Source: a virus. From it: a DNA stretch of 40,086 nucleotides. Shown here piece after piece: positions 1-9,600 of the stretch (position 1 is its first letter; each line of letters opens with the position of its first letter). Under the pieces are notes generated by a model. That model did not search any database and had not been told where the DNA came from. It saw only the letters and a program-made list of their open reading frames with translations. Both the position numbers and the translations under genes were made by a program. The DNA is taken from the UHGV virus genome UHGV-0038373. One strand, written 5' to 3'.

Positions 1-33
1 AAAAAAAACAGACAGATAGAAAGGAAGATTCAA

Positions 34-300
34 ATGCTATTACAAATTGACAACGTAGTAAAAGAATTACCAGAAGGAGAACCATGCAATCTACTGGTAG
101 ATTATGTAGAAGGTATCACACATACAAAACAATTCACAAATGGAATTAAATGTTTCAAAAAAGATGGTACTGAAATAGTAGTAATTCGAAAGAATGCCTT
201 TGAAGTTGAGATTGAAAACCTAGATAATTATGAGGGATTTAAAGTTCACGCAGTATATCTTTTGAATGATGAAGGTAAAACATTACGAAAACTAGCATAG
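34..300 (+). CDS. hypothetical protein (88 aa)
   Basis: ORF in the six-frame track, followed by a rho-independent terminator at 306-336. No recognisable motifs. Confidence 0.45.
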   Translation: MLLQIDNVVKELPEGEPCNLLVDYVEGITHTKQFTNGIKCFKKDGTEIVVIRKNAFEVEIENLDNYEGFKVHAVYLLNDEGKTLRKLA

Positions 301-305
301 AAATA

Positions 306-336
306 AAAAGAGTGGCTAAACACCACTCTTTTTTTA
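306..336 (+). terminator. rho-independent terminator
   Basis: Hairpin AAGAGTGG...CCACTCTT followed by a T7 run. Confidence 0.6.
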
Positions 337-376
337 TATGTTTTGTGTTAAAATAAGGTGTATAGGAGGGTTTAAT

Positions 377-541
377 ATGAAAAATCCAGTAATTTATGTA
401 GTGCTATTTTACGTTTTAGGCGTATTAGCGCTTGTAACAAGCATGTTTTTTGTTAGTATTGTAGCTGGTTTAGTAGCATTAGGACTATCATTATTAGTAC
501 CAGCAGTAGTATTATACCTAGAATTGAAAGAAGGTGAATAG
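377..541 (+). CDS. small two-TM membrane protein (about 54 aa; track ORF 338-541)
   Basis: AGGAGGG RBS 7 nt before the ATG at 377. Highly hydrophobic sequence with two predicted TM helices. Confidence 0.4.
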   Translation: MKNPVIYVVLFYVLGVLALVTSMFFVSIVAGLVALGLSLLVPAVVLYLELKEGE

Positions 542-545
542 TTAA

Positions 546-1724
546 ATGGGCGTATTTATTGCACCACAGACTAAAGCAGAGAAGAATTTTATTGATTATA
601 TTGAAAGCGGAATGGATAACTTAGGATATTTAACAGGTGAACGAGCATTACAAAATTCAGACGTGTTCACAGGTGTAAATATCATTGGTGGTGATATTGG
701 TAAATCACTATTCAGAAAAGTTCCAGACGAATACGCAGACAAAGATTTTTTACAACTAATCAACAAGCGACCACACGAGAAACAAAGTCATTATACATTC
801 ATGTATGCAACAGTTGCACAGCTGATTCTTTATGGTAACTCATACGCAATCATTCACAGAGAAAAAGAGAATGATTATAATTCGCCAATTAAGTCATTAG
901 AGTTTGTAACAGCAGACCAAGTGAACCTTATTCAAGATATGACAACAGGTGAGTGGCGCTATGATGTAATGTTAGATTATGGTAACCACATGTTAAAATG
1001 TGAACCACGTGACATTTTACACTTTAGAATCTCAGTTGTAGATGGTTTCATTGGTCGCAGTCCTTTATTGTCTTTACGTGATGAAATCGGAATGCAAACA
1101 AATGGTAATAAGATTTTATCAAAGTTCTTTGCTAACGGTGTTTTCGGTGGTGGAATCTTAAAACTTAAAAAAGGTTATGTAGACAACGCAACCAAAAAGA
1201 AAATTCGTGAAGATTTTGAAAGAGCTAATGGCGGAAGCACAAATAGTAATGGCGTTATCGTTTTAGATGAAGCAACAGACTTCACAGAATACAAAATGAA
1301 TACTGATATTTTGAAGTTGATTCAATCAAATAAATTCAGTACGCAACAAATTGCAAAAGTTTTAGGTATTCCATTGAACCGTTTTGGCATGGAGTTAGTA
1401 AACTCAACAGATAGCGGACAAAATGACATCTATATTGCTTCAACAATTAGTCAATATGAATCTGCAATCTGTGACGAAATCGCAATTAAAACAGGTAATG
1501 TCTTAGAAATGGACTTTTCAAGTCTAATGAACGATACATTAGATGACAGACGCAAACAATTATTTAGTGGAAAAGCAAGTAAAGAATTACTATCAACTAT
1601 CAAAGAAAACGAAGTTCGTGCATATTATGGGTATGAACCGTTAGAAGATGGCGAAACAACAGTTAAAACAGAGAACACAGAAAAGGAAGTGTACGAGAAT
1701 GAAACAGACGCAACTGGAAATTAG
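546..1724 (+). CDS. portal protein (HK97-family-like)
   Basis: 392 aa, sits directly upstream of the prohead protease and capsid. Sequence pattern typical of HK97-type portals. Order TerL(window end)-portal-protease-MCP. Confidence 0.85.
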   Translation: MGVFIAPQTKAEKNFIDYIESGMDNLGYLTGERALQNSDVFTGVNIIGGDIGKSLFRKVPDEYADKDFLQLINKRPHEKQSHYTFMYATVAQLILYGNSYAIIHREKENDYNSPIKSLEFVTADQVNLIQDMTTGEWRYDVMLDYGNHMLKCEPRDILHFRISVVDGFIGRSPLLSLRDEIGMQTNGNKILSKFFANGVFGGGILKLKKGYVDNATKKKIREDFERANGGSTNSNGVIVLDEATDFTEYKMNTDILKLIQSNKFSTQQIAKVLGIPLNRFGMELVNSTDSGQNDIYIASTISQYESAICDEIAIKTGNVLEMDFSSLMNDTLDDRRKQLFSGKASKELLSTIKENEVRAYYGYEPLEDGETTVKTENTEKEVYENETDATGN

Positions 1725-2253
1725 ACAACTGCATGAGTTTGTGAATGACAACAATGTTGTTGAAGGTTACGCATTAAAATTCAACAAACCATCAAAAGAC
1801 CTAGGTGGTTTTATTGAAACTATTGACGCAAGAGCATTGGACGGCGTTAATATGGAAGATGTAAAATTATTTTTAAATCACGATTCAGGCAACTTACTTG
1901 GAAGAACAAAGAGCGGTACACTTCAATTATCAGTTGATGAAGTTGGTTTGAAATTCCGTTGTGAGTTACCAAATACAACACTTGGAAATGACGTGATGGA
2001 ACTTGTAAAACGTGGTGACCTTAGTCAATGTTCATTTGGCTTTACGGTTGCGGAAGATGAATGGGAACGGAGAGACGGAAAACCAGTTAGAACTATCAAA
2101 AAAATCAATACACTAGCTGAAATTTCACTGGTTTCAATTCCAGCATATGATGACACAGATGTTGCAGTAGCTAAGCGCTCACTTGAAAACATGGAAGTTA
2201 ACGAAATGGAAAAACGCAAACTAGAATTACAACTAAGACTAGCAACCTTGTAA
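1699..2253 (+). CDS. prohead (head maturation) protease, HK97 family
   Basis: Track ORF 1648-2253. The likely start is the ATG at 1699 (AAGGAAG RBS), just overlapping the portal stop. Has the N-terminal 'VVEGYALKFN' type motif of HK97 prohead proteases. Confidence 0.8.
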   Translation: MKQTQLEIRQLHEFVNDNNVVEGYALKFNKPSKDLGGFIETIDARALDGVNMEDVKLFLNHDSGNLLGRTKSGTLQLSVDEVGLKFRCELPNTTLGNDVMELVKRGDLSQCSFGFTVAEDEWERRDGKPVRTIKKINTLAEISLVSIPAYDDTDVAVAKRSLENMEVNEMEKRKLELQLRLATL

Positions 2254-2329
2254 GAGTAACGCCCACAACTCACCTTGTTCATGATATACTATCTTTAGTA
2301 AGAAAATAATATGTAAAGGAGTTTACAGC

Positions 2330-3547
2330 ATGAACAAGGCAGAGTTAGAAGCGCAAGCAAAATCTTTGTTGGCAGAAGGTAAACTTGACGAAGCTAAAAA
2401 AGTTATTGAACAGTTAGAAGCTTTGAAAGATGAAACACCAGCTGAAAACGAAGAACGTGCAGAAGATAAAGCAGAAGCACCTAAAGACGAAGTCAAAAAG
2501 GAAGAAGCCAAAGAAGAACCAAAGGAAGAACCAAAAGACGAAGTTAAAGACGAACCAAAGGAAGAACCAAAAAAAGAAGAACGTTCAATTGAGAACGCAA
2601 AAGGAGAAGATATTGACATGGAGAAAGTAAAAATCAATGGTAAAGAGTTAGCAGAGCCAGTAACAGAACAACGTGCGTTTTTAGACTACGTAACTTCAAA
2701 ATCAACTAGCGTAAAATCATTTAACGAAACACGTGCGGTTGATGACGGACAAGTTAAATCAACAGACGCAGAAGCAATTATCCCAGAAGATATTATCACA
2801 AAAGCACGTAAATTACCAGACACAGTTGTTGACTTACGTAATAAAGTGAACAGTATCAAAGTTAAAACATCTGGCGGTAAATACCCAATCTTGAAATCAA
2901 CTACTGCAAAAATGGTAACAGTTGAAGAGTTGGCAAAAAACCCAGCATTGGCAAAACCTGAATTTGAAGAAGTTCCTTACAACGTATCAACTTACCGTGG
3001 TCAAATTGTTGTATCACAAGAATCATTAGATGATTCAGCGGACGACTTAGCTGGAATTATTGCTGATTCAGTACAACGTCAAGGTTTAAACACAACTAAC
3101 TTTGTTTTAGCTAACTTGTTAAAAACAGCTACAGCAGTACCAGCAACTTCATTAGATGACATCAAAACACAGATTAACACTGGTTTCGACCCAGCATATG
3201 GATTGGAATTAATCGTTACTCAATCATTCTACAATGCAGTTGACATCATGAAAGACGGTGAAGGACGTTACTTATTACAAACTGACATTACAGCACAGTC
3301 TGGTAAATCATTGTTTGGTGTTCCAGTAACAGTGTTAAAAGATGAAATGTTAGGTGACAAAGGCAATAAAGTGGCATTCTTAGGCGACCCAGTAGCATTT
3401 GCAACATTCTTCAATCGTGCTGAAACTACTGCTCGTTGGATTGACCATGAAATTTACGGTCAATATTTAGCAATCTTCATGCGTTTTGATGCTAAAGTAG
3501 TAGACCCAGCGGCTGGAAAATTCATTACATTAACGCCTGCTCCCTAG
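2330..3547 (+). CDS. major capsid protein, HK97 fold, with N-terminal coiled-coil/EEPK-repeat delta (scaffold-like) domain
   Basis: 405 aa. Lys/Glu-rich N-terminal region with repeated EEPK(D/E)E units, then a typical HK97 MCP core. Position after the protease. Ends ...TPAP with a terminal CCC-UAG. Confidence 0.85.
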   Translation: MNKAELEAQAKSLLAEGKLDEAKKVIEQLEALKDETPAENEERAEDKAEAPKDEVKKEEAKEEPKEEPKDEVKDEPKEEPKKEERSIENAKGEDIDMEKVKINGKELAEPVTEQRAFLDYVTSKSTSVKSFNETRAVDDGQVKSTDAEAIIPEDIITKARKLPDTVVDLRNKVNSIKVKTSGGKYPILKSTTAKMVTVEELAKNPALAKPEFEEVPYNVSTYRGQIVVSQESLDDSADDLAGIIADSVQRQGLNTTNFVLANLLKTATAVPATSLDDIKTQINTGFDPAYGLELIVTQSFYNAVDIMKDGEGRYLLQTDITAQSGKSLFGVPVTVLKDEMLGDKGNKVAFLGDPVAFATFFNRAETTARWIDHEIYGQYLAIFMRFDAKVVDPAAGKFITLTPAP

Positions 3548-3604
3548 TACACCACCTGTGGTAGGACAGGTGACACCAGCAGACACAAGTGTAACAATTG
3601 AATT
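3542..3604 (+). repeat. 63-bp perfect direct repeat, copy 1 (CCC-UAG plus stem-loops); candidate recoding/RNA element
   Basis: Identical to 5920-5982. Starts exactly at the penultimate CCC codon of the capsid gene. Contains hairpin CACCUGU-GGUAGG-ACAGGUG and a second small palindrome ACACAAGUGU. Confidence 0.8.
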
Positions 3605-3616
3605 ATCGTAAACACT

Positions 3617-3647
3617 AAGAGGTGGGGCATACGCCTTACCTCTTTTT
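3617..3647 (+). terminator. rho-independent terminator after capsid gene
   Basis: AAGAGGT...ACCTCTT stem followed by a T run. Confidence 0.6.
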
Positions 3648-3672
3648 AAAATATAAAAGGAGAGTGTAAATT

Positions 3673-3873
3673 ATGGCTAAAGTATTTAACGTATACAAGA
3701 AGACAGGTGAAAAGATTGTGACTGAACAACCATCACCAGTAACAATCACAGGTTTAACAGCAGAAACAACATATGCAAAAGGTGATTTTCAAGTAACAGC
3801 TATTGAAGAAGGCAAGCCAGAATCTACAAAAGTAGATGTACCAGCATTCACTACAACTGCAACGGCTGGATAA
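3673..3873 (+). CDS. small Ig-like / FN3-like domain protein (possible capsid or tail decoration)
   Basis: 66 aa with an alternating beta-strand pattern (PSPVTITGLTAETTY...FQVTAIEEGKPES) typical of FN3/Big_2 domains. Own RBS AAAGGAG. Followed by a terminator at 3876-3898. Confidence 0.45.
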   Translation: MAKVFNVYKKTGEKIVTEQPSPVTITGLTAETTYAKGDFQVTAIEEGKPESTKVDVPAFTTTATAG

Positions 3874-3875
3874 TA

Positions 3876-3898
3876 AAAGAGGGCTAAGCCCTCTTTTT
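3876..3898 (+). terminator. rho-independent terminator
   Basis: AAAGAGGGC-TAA-GCCCTCTTT plus a T run. Confidence 0.6.
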
Positions 3899-3916
3899 AA
3901 CTAAGGAGGTATGATA

Positions 3917-4207
3917 ATGTTAACATTAGAAGAGGTGAAAAACAATCTACGTTTAGACTATGATTCAGACGATACTTATATTCAGACGTTGATTGATACA
4001 AGCTCAATGTTTATCTTAGGGGCTATTGAGGTTAAAACAGTTCCAGATGATGTACGCTTTAAAACTTGCCAGTTCATGCTGGTTTCTCTTTGGTATGAAA
4101 ACCGTGTTCCAGCAACCAGCGCACTTCAACAAGATGTACCGTTCACTATTCAGGCATTTATTTGGCAATTGAGGGGGTTATCTGATGATACCAACACAAC
4201 ATCTTAA
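3917..4207 (+). CDS. head-tail connector protein (gp6-like / Phage_connect_1)
   Basis: N-terminal 'LTLEEVKNNLRLDYDSDD' motif typical of gp6-like connectors. The second ATG at 3917 has better RBS spacing than the track start at 3911. Confidence 0.65.
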   Translation: MLTLEEVKNNLRLDYDSDDTYIQTLIDTSSMFILGAIEVKTVPDDVRFKTCQFMLVSLWYENRVPATSALQQDVPFTIQAFIWQLRGLSDDTNTTS

Positions 4208-4514
4208 TCAAAAAATAACTATCCAAGAGAAAACAACAGCTAAAAACGATAAATTTGAATGGGTAACAACGTGGGTTGACAAAGCTACTATATGGTGTAG
4301 TGTAAAACAACAGTATTTTAGAGATTTTAAAGAAACATATGGTACTGCATTAGAGGATACAACTAACTTTGTTGTGCGTTATGAACAGCGTTTCCAATTA
4401 CAAAATGATATGCGTGTTGTATATAAAGGTGTTAACTATGAGATAGTATCTATTTTAGAAGGTAGTTACGACCGTGATTTTACAACATTAGTATGTAAGA
4501 GGGTTAAGAAATGA
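4185..4514 (+). CDS. head closure / head-tail adaptor protein
   Basis: 109 aa, in the conserved position. Overlapping start and stop with neighbours (translational coupling). Confidence 0.55.
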   Translation: MIPTQHLNQKITIQEKTTAKNDKFEWVTTWVDKATIWCSVKQQYFRDFKETYGTALEDTTNFVVRYEQRFQLQNDMRVVYKGVNYEIVSILEGSYDRDFTTLVCKRVKK

Positions 4515-4918
4515 GTAAGCAGAATTATGCTGACTTTTCAGACGCATACAACGCACTTATAAAGATTGGTAAAAATGCAGATAGTATAACAGCAAAAGCA
4601 CTGAACAAAGCTGGTGAAATAGGAGAGCAAGAACTTGCTAAACGCACACCATATTGGAACGGTAAAAAGTACAGCAGAAAAGACCAGATGTACAAGCGTG
4701 AACATATGCAGAAAAATACAGCAATGACAAAAGCAAGCAAAGGTAAACATGAAGTCTTAATTGGGTATAATGACCAAGTTTCGTGGCGTGTTCACTTTAC
4801 AGAGTTGGGAACAATGACACAAAGACCGCAACATTTCATTGAAAAGACTATTAAAGAAGTTCAAGACGAAATAGAAAAGGTAATTATAAAAGCAATGGAG
4901 GAGGCGTTTCTAAAATGA
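4511..4918 (+). CDS. HK97 gp10-like tail-component / neck protein
   Basis: 135 aa in the third head-tail joining position, coupled ATGA overlaps. Confidence 0.5.
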   Translation: MSKQNYADFSDAYNALIKIGKNADSITAKALNKAGEIGEQELAKRTPYWNGKKYSRKDQMYKREHMQKNTAMTKASKGKHEVLIGYNDQVSWRVHFTELGTMTQRPQHFIEKTIKEVQDEIEKVIIKAMEEAFLK

Positions 4919-5280
4919 CATTACCTATTTTACAAGTGGCACAGATACTTAATGAAGCACACCCAGAAGTCAACTGGTTTACTAATGAAGTACCAAACGA
5001 ATTTGTGTCACTTCCTAAGTTGCCAGTAGGTAGAATCACAGAGCTAGACATGGACTATCACGCATATGCAAGTGCAGACCCAAATTATTATACAACCTAT
5101 ATCCAAGTGGATTTGTGGGTTGAAGATTTGACAATGTTGGATAAATACTATCTAGCAATTGATAAGACAATGCGTGCGGATAAGGTGCAATGTTCATTTA
5201 GTACACAGACCTATGAACCAGACCTAGAGGGAGCCAGTCGCATTGTTAAGCGATATGTAATCACTCAAAGAGTTGTCTAA
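4915..5280 (+). CDS. tail completion / tail terminator-like protein
   Basis: 121 aa, last gene before the major tail protein. Confidence 0.45.
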   Translation: MTLPILQVAQILNEAHPEVNWFTNEVPNEFVSLPKLPVGRITELDMDYHAYASADPNYYTTYIQVDLWVEDLTMLDKYYLAIDKTMRADKVQCSFSTQTYEPDLEGASRIVKRYVITQRVV

Positions 5281-5358
5281 GTGACGCCCTAAAACCAGTT
5301 GATTAATGATATAATTATTCTAGTAAGAAAATATAAACACTAAAGGAGAGAAACAATT

Positions 5359-5925
5359 ATGGCAGTAGTAGGTTTTAAAAAAGCTATTATCAGCGTACCT
5401 AAAGCAGAAGGTTCTGGCGTTGATAAATACACAATTGATAAAAGCGGTGGCGGTACTATTGAAGCGTCAATTCAAGGAATTTCAGCAGAACAAACAACCG
5501 TTTATGCGTCAAATGTTCCAATCTGGGTATCAGCAAAAGGGGTTGGAGAGTTAACAGCTTCATTAAACGTATTTGACTTGTATAAAGACAACGTTTATGA
5601 GAAAATTTTAGGCATTGAACGCGGTACAGATGGTATTGCAATTGTTGGCGAAAACACAGAAGCACCTTACGTTTCAGCGGTATTCGTTGCAGACGGTGCA
5701 GACGGTAAAGAAATGTACTTTGGCTTAGTTAAAGGACGTTTCAGCCACCCAGAAATCGCATTGAATACAACAGAATCTGGTGGTACAGAACCAAACACAG
5801 AAACAATTGAAGGTTCATTTGTAACAGATTCACGTGGCTTTGCATACATGAGTGCTGTTTCAAGCGAAACATTAACACTTGATAACTTTGTTGACAAAGT
5901 AAACAACATTAATTCATTACCCTAG
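5359..5925 (+). CDS. major tail protein
   Basis: 188 aa, Gly/Thr-rich, positioned between the head-tail genes and the gpG/gpT chaperones. Ends ...SLP with a terminal CCC-UAG, followed by the same 63-bp element as the capsid gene. Confidence 0.75.
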   Translation: MAVVGFKKAIISVPKAEGSGVDKYTIDKSGGGTIEASIQGISAEQTTVYASNVPIWVSAKGVGELTASLNVFDLYKDNVYEKILGIERGTDGIAIVGENTEAPYVSAVFVADGADGKEMYFGLVKGRFSHPEIALNTTESGGTEPNTETIEGSFVTDSRGFAYMSAVSSETLTLDNFVDKVNNINSLP

Positions 5926-5982
5926 TACACCACCTGTGGTAGGACAGGTGACACCAGCAGACACAAGTGTAACAATTGAATT
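5920..5982 (+). repeat. 63-bp perfect direct repeat, copy 2
   Basis: Identical to 3542-3604. Starts at the penultimate CCC codon of the major tail gene. Confidence 0.8.
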
Positions 5983-5987
5983 GACTT

Positions 5988-6017
5988 AGAAGAGCTGTCA
6001 AGCTCTTCTTTTTTTAT
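5988..6017 (+). terminator. rho-independent terminator after major tail gene
   Basis: GAAGAGC-TGTCAA-GCTCTTC plus a T8 run. Confidence 0.65.
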
Positions 6018-6100
6018 TACACTGGTTTCACCAACACCCACAATCATTGTTTTTAATGCTATAATAACTATAGTAAATAAAATTATTTGGAGGAATAACC

Positions 6101-6433
6101 ATGGCAAAACAAACAAAATCATTCAGTATTAACCTAATTATTGACGGAAAAAACCGCAAAATTACAAAAAAAGGTGTCAAAGTTAAGACAATGCGTAGCA
6201 TTATGAAGTATTACCGTGATATGGAAAATGTACAAAAAGACATGGCTAATGGTGTAGAAGTTGACCAATTAGAATTGTTAGATTCAATGATTGTATTATT
6301 AGTTGAAATCTTTGAACACCCAGAGGTTACATTTGAAGCAATTGAAAACTCAATTGAATCTGATGACTTAGTAGACGTTTTAGAAAACATCTTAGGAACT
6401 ATCATGGGGGTTGATGATTCAAAGGAAGCCTAG
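6101..6433 (+). CDS. tail assembly chaperone (gpG-like)
   Basis: 110 aa, acidic C-terminus, directly before the tape measure. Conserved G/T arrangement. Confidence 0.65.
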   Translation: MAKQTKSFSINLIIDGKNRKITKKGVKVKTMRSIMKYYRDMENVQKDMANGVEVDQLELLDSMIVLLVEIFEHPEVTFEAIENSIESDDLVDVLENILGTIMGVDDSKEA

Positions 6434-6671
6434 AGGACGGTGTAGAAGTTAACTGGGACGAATCTTTAGAATCACTAAATAAATTATATAATTCATACAT
6501 GGAAGGTGGTTGGACCGTTAATGATGTTAGCGAAGCTGACTACCTTCTTTTATTGGAATTATTTAGTGATAATACTAAAGAGAAAAAAGAAGAGAAACAA
6601 GACCCATTAGCATTTTTTGGCACTGTCCTATCACCAACAGACCTAGCAAAAGCAAAAGGAGAGATTGAATA
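6433..6671 (+). CDS. gpT-like extension reached by a -1 programmed frameshift from gpG (G-T fusion)
   Basis: The -1 frame is open from 6411 to the TAA at 6669-6671, which overlaps the TMP ATG (TAATG). The only possible slip window is 6411-6433 (..GAU UCA AAG GAA GCC UAG). A plausible one-tRNA slip at A AAG (6421-6424). Confidence 0.5.
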
Positions 6672-9600
6672 ATGGTAGATAAGGTTATTGGCAATATGAA
6701 GTTTGGTATTGGTGTTGACGGTGTAGACCAGACCATTAATACATTAGACAAATTAAACAAGTCAATTAAACAGCAAGAATCAGCAATGAAAGCCAATTTA
6801 TCAGTGTTTGATAAATCAGGACAAAGTATTGAGAAACTGCAACAAAAAGAAAAAGACTTGGCAACAGCTACTGACTTACAAGGTAAGAAAGTGGAATTAT
6901 TAAGCAAAAAGCGTCAAGACGCTATTGCAAAATATGGTGAAGAATCAAACCAAGTTAAAACACTAACAACACAGCTAAACAATGCTAGTGCCAAATACAA
7001 CGGAATGCAAAAAGATTTGCAAAAAACTACAGCTGATGTTATCAAGTTTGAGAATGGTTTAGACAAACTAGGTCAAGAAATTAAAGATAACGCAAAAGAC
7101 TTCCAAACACAAGCCAATGCAATGGATAAAGCTGGCGACAAAATGGGTGCTTTGGAAACAAAACAAGCTGGTTTAAAACGTCAATCTGACCTAACTAAAC
7201 AGGCTATTGCTGGTCAAGAAAACGCAATCCAACAGTTAACACAAAAGTTTGGTAAAAATTCAACAGAAGTTAGCAAAGCTGAACAAGAGTTACAAGGCTT
7301 TAAAAAGCAATTAAACAATACAGACAGTGAACTAGATTCAGTATCTAAAGGAATGCAAGAACTAGGTAAATCAAGCGGTGAAACTAGCGAAGGTTTAGGA
7401 TTAGCAAGTAAAGGACTACAAGGTTTAGTTGCTGGTGTTGGTATGGCGGTAGCTACCAAAGCAATTGATATGATTAGTGACGCTGTTTCAGAAGTTGTTG
7501 AAAATATTAATGCTGGTATTGAAGCGGTTGACAAATTCAAAGGCGCATTTGATTGGGACGCAGAGAGCGCCCAAGCTGTTTCAAGGTTAGCTAACCAATT
7601 AGTTGCAGAAGGTTATTCAGACGACATCAACGAAGTAGCAGAAGCAATGATACGTGTTCAAAATGTAATGGGTGCTGAGGGCATGGATGACGACATGCTA
7701 CAACGCATGACACGTAATGCAATCGCATTTTCTAAAAATACTGGTGCAGACGTGAACGAAACTATTCGTGGCATTGGTAAAATGATGACCAACTTTGGTA
7801 TTGACGCAGACCATGCTTGGGACTTAATGGCACGTGGCGCACAGATGGGACTTGACCAAACAGACGAACTAGGCGACAACATGGCTGAATACTCACAGAT
7901 TTTTGGTCAAGCTGGTTTCACAGCAGAACAAACATTTGACATGTTACAAAGTGGTTTAGATGGTGGAGCATACAACTTAGACAAAGTCAATGACTTAATC
8001 AAAGAAATGGCTATTTCATTAACAGATGGTCGTTTTGAAGACAACATAGGTATGTTCAGCGGTCAAACACAAGAGTTGTTTAGACAATGGCAACAAGGAG
8101 GAGCAACACAAGCGGATGTTATCCGTTCAATGATTAGCGACTTTGGAGGTATGGAAAACCAATATGAAGCACTAAACAAAGCTGGGACAATCTGGTCCGC
8201 ATTAGGTGAAGATAACTCACTACAAGTTATCAGGTCATTAAACAATACATCAATGGCATATGACAATGTAGAAGGCGCACAAGACGCAATGAACAACGCA
8301 ATGAGCAACACAACTGGAATGGACGCTTTTAAGTCCTCATTGAGGGCTGTTGGGAATGAAATAGGTATATCCTTAAATCCAATGTTTGGTAAGGCGGCAG
8401 ATGCTATTACAAACTTTACAGAAAAAATTCTACCAAAGATAGAACCAGCATTAAAAAAAATGTGGGAGTATGCAGGTCCTATTCTTGAAAAACTGGGTGG
8501 ATATTTAAGCACCAGCTTTGAGGTTGTTGGTGACATTATGGGTACAGTTGTTAAATATGTTAGCGAGGAACTACTACCTACTCTAATGCCTAAGATTCAA
8601 GAACTAGGAGATAAGTTGGGTGGATTATTTGATAAGATAAGCAAGTTCTGGGATGAACATGGCGAGACCATACTATCTGGTCTTAGTTTCTGGCTAGAGA
8701 AACTAACTCCATTATTTGGTTTAGCGCTGGAGGTTGTAATTGGTTTTGTGGATGCCGCTATCGGTTTAGTGGATGGTTTTTTCAAGATTATTGAAGGATT
8801 GACTGATGTTTTTGAAGGTATATTCAACGGAGATTGGGGTAGAATATGGGAAGGTATTAAAAAAATATTCTGGGGGGCTATTCAAGTTATTTGGAATTGG
8901 ATAAACCTATCATTCTTTGGTAAAATATTAAGCGGTGCAGCTGGTTTTGGAACCATATTTAAAAAAGGTATGTCTACAATGTGGGCTGCAGTCAAAGGAT
9001 TCTTTTCAAAAGGTATAACTGGCATAATTGATGACGTGTGGCGGTGGTTCAGTAGGGTTACAGGCATTGGTGGTAACTTAAAAAGTGGACTTACAGGTAC
9101 TATGAAAACCCTATGGGGTGATATAAAAGGGGTATTCAGCCGTGGTATTGACACCATTGTACGTTGGTTTACTAGTTTGCCAGAACGTTTAGGCAGTGCA
9201 ATTAGTAGGGGCGCAGGTCATGTTACTGGTGCATTTAAAGGTATTTTCAATAAGGTATTGAGTGCAATTGGCGGTCCAGTAAATGGTATCATTGGTGGTG
9301 CTAACTGGGTGTTAGAAAAGTTTGGCGCACCTCAAATTTCAAAATGGGACGTACCACAATATGCAAACGGTACTGACGGACACATAGGCGGACCTATGGT
9401 TGTAAATGACGGCGGTGGTGCTGAAATGGTAATTGCACCAAACGGTCAAGCAATGATTCCAAAAGGTAGAAACGTTATGATGAATGCACCAGCTGGCACA
9501 CAAGTACTAAATGCCAAAGAAACATCAATGGTATTAGGACAAAAAGGGCGCATTCCATTTTATAAAAAAGGAACTGGTTTCATGGACGGTGTTCGCAACA

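Noticed and set aside
2323-2637. Antisense ORFs inside the capsid gene (2323-2637 minus; 2430-2630 plus)
   Set aside because: Low-complexity translations (Ser/Phe-rich or Lys-rich) of the EEPK-repeat region of the capsid gene on other frames. No RBS. Fully embedded in a strong gene.
3545-3600. UAG read-through or -1 frameshift at the capsid and tail termini
   Set aside because: The -1 frame gives only 6 codons (LVHHLW*). In-frame read-through gives YTTCGRTGDTSRHKCNN*, a Cys-, Arg- and His-rich tail that looks non-protein-like. The +1 frame gives a plausible Pro/Thr/Val-rich linker-like peptide. CCC-stop is a known +1 site. +1 was therefore favoured, though still unproven.
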